A DNA stretch of 64,000 nucleotides from contig OZ059897.1 in NCBI GenBank assembly GCA_964057225.1, positions 19,282,001-19,346,000 of the forward strand, in the 5' to 3' direction. The DNA is from Auanema rhodensis (taxonomy: Eukaryota; Animalia; Nematoda). Shown here piece by piece: positions 26,201 to 38,900 of the stretch. Within the stretch, counting starts at the first letter, position 1. Every line of letters starts with the position of its first letter. The notes beneath the pieces are model-generated. The model worked only from the letters and a program-made list of their open reading frames with translations. It was not told the DNA's origin and did no database searches. A program made the translations under genes and the position numbers.

Positions 26201-29200
26201 AGGATATAAGTGTGAACTTATATCAGTTGATATCTCGGTACATTTTTAAGCTAGCGCAAATCTGATAACACAGATCGACGCAGCTTAAAAATCCGCATCG
26301 AATGCACTATACTATATGGAAGAACGCTTAATACAAAAATTAGTTATGATCGTTTGAAAAATGATGCATTAGTGTATGTTGAGTTTCCATGTACACTCAA
26401 CATTGCTTCCAAAAACATTTTGACAAAAATTTTTTCGAAAAATTTCGAAATAATTTAGCAAAAAGTAGATGTTTTTAGATTCCTTTTTTCAAGGCAAAGA
26501 CGATGGACAATGTTATTCAACGAAAAAATTAATTCTTCAGGGTGAAAATCGAGGATATAAGTGTAAACTTATATCAGTTGATATCTCGGTGCATTTTTAA
26601 GCTAGCGCAAATCTGATAACACAGATCGACGCAGCTTAAAAATCCGCATCGAATGCACTATACTACATTGAGAAACGCTTAATACGAAAATTAGTTATGA
26701 TCGTTTGAAAAATGATGCATTAGTGTATGTTGAGTTTCCATGTACACTCAACATTGCTTCCAAAAACATTTTGACAAAAATTTTTTCGAAAAATTTCAAA
26801 ATAATTTAGCAAAAAGTAGATGTTTTTAGATTCCTTTTTTCAAGGCAAAGACGATGGACAATGTTATTCAACGAAAAAATTATTTCTTCAGGGTGAAAAT
26901 CGAGGATATAAGTGTAAACTTATATCAGTTGATATCTCGGTGCATTTTTAAGCTAGCGCAAATCTGATAACACAGATCGACGCAGCTTAAAAATCCGCAT
27001 CGAATGCACTATACTACATTGAGAAACGCTTAATACAAAAATTAGTTATGATCGTTTGAAAAATGATGCATTAGTGTATGTTGAGTTTCCATGTACACTC
27101 AACATTGCTTCCAAAAACATTTTGACAAAAATTTTTTCGAAAAATTTCAAAATAATTTAGCGAAAAGTAGATGTTTTTAGATTCCTTTTTTCAAGGCAAA
27201 GACGATGGACAATGTTATTCAACGAAAAAATTAATTCTTCAGGGTGAAAATCGAGGATATAAGTGTAAACTTATATCAGTTGATATCTCGGTGCATTTTT
27301 AAGCTAGCGCAAATCTGATAACACAGATCGACGCAGCTTAAAAATCCGCATCGAATGCACTATACTACATTGAGAAACGCTTAATACAAAAATTAGTTAT
27401 GATCGTTTGAAAAATGATGCATTAGTGTATGTTGAGTTTCCATGTACACTCAACATTGCTTCCAAAAACATTTTGACAAAAATTTTTTCGAAAAATTTCG
27501 AAATAATTTAGCAAAAAGTAGATGTTTTTAGATTCCTTTTTTCAAGGCAAAGACGATGGACAATGTTATTCAACGAAAAAATTAATTCTTCAGGGTGAAA
27601 ATCGAGGATATAAGTGTAAACTTATATCAGTTGATATCTCGGTGCATTTTTAAGCTAGCGCAAATCTGATAACACAGATCGACGCAGCTTAAAAATCCGC
27701 ATCGAATGCATTATACTACATGGAAGAACGCTTAATACAAAAATTAGTTATGATCGTTTGAAAAATGATGCATTAGTGTATGTTGAGTTTCCATGTACAC
27801 TCAACATTGCTTCCAAAAACATTTTGACAAAAATTTTTTCGAAAAATTTCAAAATAATTTAGCAAAAAGTAGATGTTTTTAGATTCCTTTTTTCAAGGCG
27901 AAGACGATGGACAATGTTATTCAACGAAAAAATTATTTCTTCAGGGTGAAAATCGAGGATATAAGTGTGAACTTATATCAGTTGATATATCGGTGCATTT
28001 TTAAGCTAGCGCAAATCTGATAACACAGATCGACGCAGCTTAAAAATCCGCATCGAATGCACTATACTACATTGAGAAACGCTTAATACAAAAATTAGTT
28101 ATGATCGTTTGAAAAATGATGCATTAGTGTATGTTGAGTTTCCATGTACACTCAACATTGCTTCCAAAAACATTTTGACAAAAATTTTTTTAAAAAATTT
28201 CAAAATAATTTAGCAAAAAGTAGATGTTTTTAGATTTCTTTTTTCAAGGCAAAGACGATGGACAATGTTATTCAACGAAAAAATTAATTCTTCAGGGTGA
28301 AAATCGAGGATATAAGTGTGAACTTATATCAGTTGATATCTCGGTACATTTTTAAGCTAGCGCAAATCTGATAACACAGATCGACGCAGCTTAAAAATCC
28401 GCATCGAATGCACTATACTACATGGAAGAACGCTTAATACAAAAATTAGTTATGATCGTTTGAAAAATGATGCATTAGTGTATGTTGAGTTTCCATGTAC
28501 ACTCAACATTGCTTCCAAAAACATTTTGACAAAAATTTTTTCGAAAAATTTCAAAATAATTTAGCAAAAAGTAGATGTTTTTAGATTCCTTTTTTCAAGG
28601 CAAAGACGATGGACAATGTTATTCAACGAAAAAATTATTTCTTCAGGGTGAAAATCGAGGATATAAGTGTGAACTTATATCAGTTGATATATCGGTGCAT
28701 TTTTAAGCTAGCGCAAATCTGATAACACAGATCGACGCAGCTTAAAAATCCGCATCGAATGCACTATACTACATGGAAGAACGCTTAATACAAAAATTAG
28801 TTATGATCGTTTGAAAAATGATGCATTAGTGTATGTTGAGTTTCCATGTACACTCAACATTGCTTCCAAAAACATTTTGACAAAAATTTTTTCGAAAAAT
28901 TTCAAAATAATTTAGCAAAAAGTAGATGTTTTTAGATTCCTTTTTTCAAGGCGAAGACGATGGACAATGTTATTCAACGAAAAAATTATTTCTTCAGGGT
29001 GAAAATCGAGGATATAAGTGTGAACTTATATCAGTTGATATATCGGTGCATTTTTAAGCTAGCGCAAATCTGATAACACAGATCGACGCAGCTTAAAAAT
29101 CCGCATCGAATGCACTATACTACATTGAGAAACGCTTAATACAAAAATTAGTTATGATCGTTTGAAAAATGATGCATTAGTGTATGTTGAGTTTCCATGT

Positions 29201-32200
29201 ACACTCAACATTGCTTCCAAAAACATTTTGACAAAAATTTTTTTTAAAAATTTCAAAATAATTTAGCAAAAAGTAGATGTTTTTAGATTTCTTTTTTCAA
29301 GGCAAAGACGATGGACAATGTTATTCAACGAAAAAATTAATTCTTCAGGGTGAAAATCGAGGATATAAGTGTGAACTTATATCAGTTGATATCTCGGTAC
29401 ATTTTTAAGCTAGCGCAAATCTGATAACACAGATCGACGCAGCTTAAAAATCCGCATCGAATGCACTATACTACATGGAAGAACGCTTAATACAAAAATT
29501 AGTTATGATCGTTTGAAAAATGATGCATTAGTGTATGTTGAGTTTCCATGTACACTCAACATTGCTTCCAAAAACATTTTGACAAAAATTTTTTCGAAAA
29601 ATTTCAAAATAATTTAGCAAAAAGTAGATGTTTTTAGATTCCTTTTTTCAAGGCAAAGACGATGGACAATGTTATTCAACGAAAAAATTATTTCTTCAGG
29701 GTGAAAATCGAGGATATAAGTGTGAACTTATATCAGTTGATATATCGGTGCATTTTTAAGCTAGCGCAAATCTGATAACACAGATCGACGCAGCTTAAAA
29801 ATCCGCATCGAATGCACTATACTACATTGAGAAACGCTTAATACAAAAATTAGTTATGATCGTTTGAAAAATGATGCATTAGTGTATGTTGAGTTTCCAT
29901 GTACACTCAACATTGCTTCCAAAAACATTTTGACAAAAATTTTTTCGAAAAATTTCAAAATAATTTAGCAAAAAGTAGATGTTTTTAGATTCCTTTTTTC
30001 AAGGCAAAGACGATGGACAATGTTATTCAACGAAAAAATTAATTCTTCAGGGTGAAAATCGAGGATATAAGTGTAAACTTATATCAGTTGATATCTCGGT
30101 GCATTTTTAAGCTAGCGCAAATCTGATAACACAGATCGACGCAGCTTAAAAATCCGCATCGAATGCACTATACTACATTGAGAAACGCTTAATACAAAAA
30201 TTAGTTATGATCGTTTGAAAAATGATGCATTAGTGTATGTTGAGTTTCCATGTACACTCAACATTGCTTCCAAAAACATTTTGACAAAAATTTTTTCGAA
30301 AAATTTCAAAATAATTTAGCAAAAAGTAGATGTTTTTAGATTCCTTTTTTCAAGGCAAAGACGATGGACAATGTTATTTAACGAAAAAATTAATTCTTCA
30401 GGGTGAAAATCGAGGATATAAGTGTAAACTTATATCAGTTGATATCTCGGTGCATTTTTAAGCTAGCGCAAATCTGATAACACAGATCGACGCAGCTTAA
30501 AAATCCGCATCGAATGCACTATACTATATGGAAGAACGCTTAATACAAAAATTAGTTATGATCGTTTGAAAAATGATGCATTAGTGTATGTTGAGTTTCC
30601 ATGTACACTCAACATTGCTTCCAAAAACATTTTGACAAAAATTTTTTCGAAAAATTTCGAAATAATTTAGCAAAAAGTAGATGTTTTTAGATTCCTTTTT
30701 TCAAGGCAAAGACGATGGACAATGTTATTCAACGAAAAAATTAATTCTTCAGGGTGAAAATCGAGGATATAAGTGTAAACTTATATCAGTTGATATCTCG
30801 GTGCATTTTTAAGCTAGCGCAAATCTGATAACACAGATCGACGCAGCTTAAAAATCCGCATCGAATGCACTATACTACATTGAGAAACGCTTAATACGAA
30901 AATTAGTTATGATCGTTTGAAAAATGATGCATTAGTGTATGTTGAGTTTCCATGTACACTCAACATTGCTTCCAAAAACATTTTGACAAAAATTTTTTCG
31001 AAAAATTTCAAAATAATTTAGCAAAAAGTAGATGTTTTTAGATTCCTTTTTTCAAGGCAAAGACGATGGACAATGTTATTCAACGAAAAAATTATTTCTT
31101 CAGGGTGAAAATCGAGGATATAAGTGTAAACTTATATCAGTTGATATCTCGGTGCATTTTTAAGCTAGCGCAAATCTGATAACACAGATCGACGCAGCTT
31201 AAAAATCCGCATCGAATGCACTATACTACATTGAGAAACGCTTAATACAAAAATTAGTTATGATCGTTTGAAAAATGATGCATTAGTGTATGTTGAGTTT
31301 CCATGTACACTCAACATTGCTTCCAAAAACATTTTGACAAAAATTTTTTCGAAAAATTTCAAAATAATTTAGCGAAAAGTAGATGTTTTTAGATTCCTTT
31401 TTTTAAGGCAAAGACGATGGACAATGTTATTCAACGAAAAAATTAATTCTTCAGGGTGAAAATCGAGGATATAAGTGTAAACTTATATCAGTTGATATCT
31501 CGGTGCATTTTTAAGCTAGCGCAAATCTGATAACACAGATCGACGCAGCTTAAAAATCCGCATCGAATGCACTATACTACATTGAGAAACGCTTAATACA
31601 AAAATTAGTTATGATCGTTTGAAAAATGATGCATTAGTGTATGTTGAGTTTCCATGTACACTCAACATTGCTTCCAAAAACATTTTGACAAAAATTTTTT
31701 CGAAAAATTTCAAAATAATTTAGCAAAAAGTATATGTTTTTAGATTCCTTTTTTCAAGGCAAAGACGATGGACAATGTTATTCAACGAAAAAATTAATTC
31801 TTCAGGGTGAAAATCGAGGATATAAGTGTGAACTTATATCAGTTGATATCTCGGTACATTTTTAAGCTAGCGCAAATCTGATAACACAGATCGACGCAGC
31901 TTAAAAATCCGCATCGAATGCACTATACTACATGGAAGAACGCTTAATACAAAAATTAGTTATGATCGTTTGAAAAATGATGCATTAGTGTATGTTGAGT
32001 TTCCATGTACACTCAACATTGCTTCCAAAAACATTTTGACAAAAATTTTTTCGAAAAATTTCAAAATAATTTAGCAAAAAGTAGATGTTTTTAGATTCCT
32101 TTTTTCAAGGCGAAGACGATGGACAATGTTATTCAACGAAAAAATTATTTCTTCAGGGTGAAAATCGAGGATATAAGTGTGAACTTATATCAGTTGATAT

Positions 32201-32993
32201 ATCGGTGCATTTTTAAGCTAGCGCAAATCTGATAACACAGATCGACGCAGCTTAAAAATCCGCATCGAATGCACTATACTACATTGAGAAACGCTTAATA
32301 CAAAAATTAGTCATGATCGTTTGAAAAATGATGCATTAGTGTATGTTGAGTTTCCATGTACACTCAACATTGCTTCCAAAAACATTTTGACAAAAATTTT
32401 TTTAAAAAATTTCAAAATAATTTAGCAAAAAGTAGATGTTTTTAGATTTCTTTTTTCAAGGCAAAGACGATGGACAATGTTATTCAACGAAAAAATTAAT
32501 TCTTCAGGGTGAAAATCGAGGATATAAGTGTGAACTTATATCAGTTGATATCTCGGTACATTTTTAAGCTAGCGCAAATCTGATAACACAGATCGACGCA
32601 GCTTAAAAATCCGCATCGAATGCACTATACTACATGGAAGAACGCTTAATACAAAAATTAGTTATGATCGTTTGAAAAATGATGCATTAGTGTATGTTGA
32701 GTTTCCATGTACACTCAACATTGCTTCCAAAAACATTTTGACAAAAATTTTTTCGAAAAATTTCAAAATAATTTAGCAAAAAGTAGATGTTTTTAGATTC
32801 CTTTTTTCAAGGCAAAGACGATGGACAATGTTATTCAACGAAAAAATTATTTCTTCAGGGTGAAAATCGAGGATATAAGTGTGAACTTATATCAGTTGAT
32901 ATATCGGTGCATTTTTAAGCTAGCGCAAATCTGATAACACAGATCGACGCAGCTTAAAAATCCGCATCGAATGCACTATACTTCATTGAGAAA
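11232..32993. repeat. Array domain 2 (monomers 33-94) with 5-mer and 7-9-mer higher-order structure
   Basis: Characteristic variants are A172G, A208T, C261A, G113A and A123G, with frequent A136G, A11G and C342T+GGAAGAA. The last GGAAGAA end allele is at ~32636. Confidence 0.8.
14040..17549. repeat. Tandem duplication of a 5-monomer unit (1755 bp x2)
   Basis: The order [C342T+GG end]-[plain]-[A11G]-[A136G+G227A]-[A11G] occurs at 14040-15794 and again at 15795-17549. Confidence 0.8.
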
Positions 32994-35900
32994 CGCTTAA
33001 TACAAAAATTAGTTATGATCGTTTGAAAAATGATGCATTAGTGTATGTTGAGTTTCCATGTACACTCAACATTGCTTCCAAAAACATTTTGACAAAAATT
33101 TTTTCGAAAAATTTCAAAATAATTTAGCAAAAAGTAGATGTTTTTAGATTCCTTTTTTCAAGGCAAAGACGATGGACAATGTTATTTAACGAAAAAATTA
33201 ATTCTTCAGGGTGAAAATCGAGGATATAAGTGTAAACTTATATCAGTTGATATCTCGGTGCATTTTTAAGCTAGCGCAAATCTGATAACACAGATCGACG
33301 CAGCTTAAAAATCCGCATCGAATGCACTATACTACATTGAGAAACGCTTAATACAAAAATTAGTTATGATCGTTTGAAAAATGATGCATTAGTGTATGTT
33401 GAGTTTCCATGTACACTCAACATTGCTTCCAAAAACATTTTGACAAAAATTTTTTCGAAAAATTTCAAAATAATTTAGCAAAAAGTAGATGTTTTTAGAT
33501 TCCTTTTTTCAAGGCAAAGACGATGGACAATGTTATTCAACGAAAAAATTAATTCTTCAGGGTGAAAATCGAGGATATAAGTGTGAACTTATAACAGTTG
33601 ATATCTCGGTACATTTTTAAGCTAGCGCAAATCTGATAACACAGATCGACGCAGCTTAAAAATCCGCATCGAATGCACTATACTACATTGAGAAACGCTT
33701 AATACAAAAATTAGTTATGATCGTTTGAAAAATGATGCATTAGTGTATGTTGAGTTTCCATGTACACTCAACATTGCTTCCAAAAACATTTTGACAAAAA
33801 TTTTTTCGAAAAATTTCAAAATAATTTAGCAAAAAGTAGATGTTTTTAGATTCCTTTTTTCAAGGCAAAGACGATGGACAATGTTATTTAACGAAAAAAT
33901 TAATTCTTCAGGGTGAAAATCGAGGATATAAGTGTGAACTTATATCAGTTGATATCTCGGTGCATTTTTAAGCTAGCGCAAATCTGATAACACAGATCGA
34001 CGCAGCTTAAAAATCCGCATCGAATGCACTATACTACATTGAGAAACGCTTAATACAAAAATTAGTTATGATCGTTTGAAAAATGATGCATTAGTGTATG
34101 TTGAGTTTCCATGTACACTCAACATTGCTTCCAAAAACATTTTGACGAAAATTTTTTCGAAAAATTTCAAAATAATTTAGCAAAAAGTAGATGTTTTTAG
34201 ATTCCTTTTTTCAAGGCAAAGACGATGGACAATGTTATTTAACGAAAAAATTAATTCTTCAGGGTGAAAATCGAGGATATAAGTGTAAACTTATATCAGT
34301 TGATATCTCGGTGCATTTTTAAGCTAGCGCAAATCTGATAACACAGATCGACGCAGCTTAAAAATCCGCATCGAATGCACTATACTACATTGAGAAACGC
34401 TTAATACAAAAATTAGTTATGATCGTTTGAAAAATGATGCATTAGTGTATGTTGAGTTTCCATGTACACTCAACATTGCTTCCAAAAACATTTTGACAAA
34501 AATTTTTTCGAAAAATTTCAAAATAATTTAGCCAAAAGTAGATGTTTTTAGATTCCTTTTTTCAAGGCAAAGACGATGGACAATGTTATTCAACGAAAAA
34601 ATTAATTCTTCAGGGTGAAAATCGAGGATATAAGTGTAAACTTATATCAGTTGATATCTCGGTGCATTTTTAAGCTAGCGCAAATCTGATAACACAGATC
34701 GACGCAGCTTAAAAATCCGCATCGAATGCACTATACTACATTGAGAAACGCTTAATACAAAAATTAGTTATGATCGTTTGAAAAATGATGCATTAGTGTA
34801 TGTTGAGTTTCCATGTACACTCAACATTGCTTCCAAAAACATTTTGACAAAAATTTTTTCGAAAAATTTCAAAATAATTTAGCAAAAAGTAGATGTTTTT
34901 AGATTCCTTCTTTCAAGGCAAAGACGATGGACAATGTTATTCAACGAAAAAATTAATTCTTCAGGGTGAAAATCGAGGATATAAGTGTAAACTTATATCA
35001 GTTGATATCTCGGTGCATTTTTAAGCTAGCGCAAATCTGATAACACAGATCGACGCAGCTTAAAAATCCGCATCGAATGCACTATACTACATTGAGAAAC
35101 GCTTAATACAAAAATTAGTTATGATCGTTTGAAAAATGATGCATTAGTGTATGTTGAGTTTCCATGTACACTCAACATTGCTTCCAAAAACTTTTTGACA
35201 AAAATTTTTTCGAAAAATTTCAAAATAATTTAGCAAAAAGTAGATGTTTTTAGATTCCTTTTTTCAAGGCAAAGACGATGGACAATGTTATTTAACGAAA
35301 AAATTAATTCTTCAGGGTGAAAATCGAGGATATAAGTGTAAACTTATATCAGTTGATATCTCGGTGCATTTTTAAGCTAGCGCAAATCTGATAACACAGA
35401 TCAACGCAGCTTAAAAATCCGCATCGAATGCACTATACTACATTGAGAAACGCTCAATACAAAAATTAGTTATGATCGTTTCAAAAATGATGCATTAGTG
35501 TATGTTGAGTTTCCATGTACACTCAACATTGCTTCCAAAAACATTTTGACAAAAATTTTTTCGAAAAATTTCAAAATAATTTAGCAAAAAGTAGATGTTT
35601 TTAGATTCCTTTTTTCAAGGCAAAGACGATGGACAATGTTATTTAACGAAAAAATTAATTCTTCAGGGTGAAAATCGAGGATATAAGTGTAAACTTATAT
35701 CAGTTGATATCTCGGTGCATTTTTAAGCTAGCGCAAATCTGATAACACAGATCGACGCAGCTTAAAAATCCGCATCGAATGCACTATACTACATTGAGAA
35801 ACGCTTAATACAAAAATTAGTTATGATCGTTTGAAAAATGATGCATTAGTGTATGTTGAGTTTCCATGTACACTCAACATTGCTTCCAAAAACATTTTGA

Positions 35901-38900
35901 CAAAAATTTTTTCGAAAAATTTCAAAATAATTTAGCAAAAAGTAGATGTTTTTAGATTCCTTTTTTCAAGGCAAAGACGATGGACAATGTTATTCAACGA
36001 AAAAATTAATTCTTCAGGGTGAAAATCGAGGATATAAGTGTGAACTTATAACAGTTGATATCTCGGTACATTTTTAAGCTAGCGCAAATCTGATAACACA
36101 GATCGACGCAGCTTAAAAATCCGCATCGAATGCACTATACTACATTGAGAAACGCTTAATACAAAAATTAGTTATGATCGTTTGAAAAATGATGCATTAG
36201 TGTATGTTGAGTTTCCATGTACACTCAACATTGCTTCCAAAAACATTTTGACAAAAATTTTTTCGAAAAATTTCAAAATAATTTAGCAAAAAGTAGATGT
36301 TTTTAGATTCCTTTTTTCAAGGCAAAGACGATGGACAATGTTATTCAACGAAAAAATTAATTCTTCAGGGTGAAAATCAAGGATATAAGTGTGAACTTAT
36401 ATCAGTTGATATCTCGGTACATTTTTAAGCTAGCGCAAATCTGATAACACAGATCGACGCAGCTTAAAAATCCGCATCGAATGCACTATACTACATTGAG
36501 AAACGCTTAATACAAAAATTAGTTATGATCGTTTGAAAAATGATGCATTAGTGTATGTTGAGTTTCCATGTACACTCAACATTGCTTCCAAAAACATTTT
36601 GACAAAAATTTTTTCGAAAAATTTCAAAATAATTTAGCCAAAAGTAGATGTTTTTAGATTCCTTTTTTCAAGGCAAAGACGATGGACAATGTTATTCAAC
36701 GAAAAAATTAATTCTTCAGGGTGAAAATCGAGGATATAAGTGTAAACTTATATCAGTTGATATCTCGGTGCATTTTTAAGCTAGCGCAAATCTGATAACA
36801 CAGATCGACGCAGCTTAAAAATCCGCATCGAATGCACTATACTACATTGAGAAACGCTTAATACAAAAATTAGTTATGATCGTTTGAAAAATGATGCATT
36901 AGTGTATGTTGAGTTTCCATGTACACTCAACATTGCTTCCAAAAACATTTTGACAAAAATTTTTTCGAAAAATTTCAAAATAATTTAGCAAAAAGTAGAT
37001 GTTTTTAGATTCCTTTTTTCAAGGCAAAGACGATGGACAATGTTATTTAACGAAAAAATTAATTCTTCAGGGTGAAAATCGAGGATATAAGTGTAAACTT
37101 ATATCAGTTGATATCTCGGTGCATTTTTAAGCTAGCGCAAATCTGATAACACAGATCGACGCAGCTTAAAAATCCGCATCGAACACTATACTACATTGAG
37201 AAACGCTTAATACAAAAATTAGTTATGATCGTTTGAAAAATGATGCATTAGTGTATGTTGAGTTTCCATGTACACTCAACATTGCTTCCAAAAACATTTT
37301 GACAAAAATTTTTTCGAAAAATTTCAAAATAATTTAGCAAAAAGTAGATGTTTTTAGATTCCTTTTTTCAAGGCAAAGACGATGGACAATGTTATTCAAC
37401 GAAAAAATTAATTCTTCAGGGTGAAAATCGAGGATATAAGTGTGAACTTATAACAGTTGATATCTCGGTACATTTTTAAGCTAGCGCAAATCTGATAACA
37501 CAGATCGACGCAGCTTAAAAATCCGCATCGAATGCACTATACTACATTGAGAAACGCTTAATACAAAAATTAGTTATGATCGTTTGAAAAATGATGCATT
37601 AGTGTATGTTGAGTTTCCATGTACACTCAACATTGCTTCCAAAAACATTTTGACAAAAATTTTTTCGAAAAATTTCAAAATAATTTAGCCAAAAGTAGAT
37701 GTTTTTAGATTCCTTTTTTCAAGGCAAAGACGATGGACAATGTTATTCAACGAAAAAATTAATTCTTCAGGGTGAAAATCGAGGATATAAGTGTAAACTT
37801 ATATCAGTTGATATCTCGGTGCATTTTTAAGCTAGCGCAAATCTGATAACACAGATCGACGCAGCTTAAAAATCCGCATCGAATGCACTATACTACATTG
37901 AGAAACGCTTAATACAAAAATTAGTTATGATCGTTTGAAAAATGATGCATTAGTGTATGTTGAGTTTCCATGTACACTCAACATTGCTTCCAAAAACATT
38001 TTGACAAAAATTTTTTCGAAAAATTTCAAAATAATTTAGCAAAAAGTAGATGTTTTTAGATTCCTTTTTTCAAGGCAAAGACGATGGACAATGTTATTCA
38101 ACGAAAAAATTATTTCTTCAGGGTGAAAATCGAGGATATAAGTGTGAACTTATATCAGTTGATATCTCGGTGCATTTTTAAGCTAGCGCAAATCTGATAA
38201 CACAGATCGACGCAGCTTAAAAATCCGCATCGAATGAACTATACTACATTGAGAAACGCTTGATACAAAAAATAGTTATGATCGTTTGAAAAATGATGCA
38301 TTAGTGTATGTTGAGTTTCCATGTACACTCAACATTGCTTCCAAAAACATTTTGACAAAAATTTTTTCGAAAAATTTCAAGAGAATTTAGCAAAAAGTAG
38401 ATGTTTTTAGATTCCATTTTTCAAGGCAAAGACGATAGACAATGTTATTCAACGAAAAAATTAATTCTTTAGGGTGAAAATCGAGGATATAAGTGTGAAC
38501 TTATATCAGTTGATATTTCGGTGCATTTTTAAGCTAGCGCAAATCTGATAACACAGATCGACGCAGCTTAAAAATCCGCATCGAATGCACTATACTACAT
38601 TGAGAAACGCTTAATACAAAAATTAGTTATGATCGTTTGAAAAATGATGCATTAGTGTATGTTGAGTTTCCATGTACACTCAACATTGCTTCCAAAAACA
38701 TTTTGACAAAAATTTTTTCGAAAAATTTCAAAATAATTTAGCAAAAAGTAGATGTTTTTAGATTCCTTTTTTCAAAGCAAAGACGATGGACAATGTTTTT
38801 CAACGAAAAAATTAATTCTTCAGGGTGAAAATCGAGGATATAAGTGTGAACTTATAACAGTTGATATCTCGGTACATTTTTAAGCTAGCGCAAATCTGAT

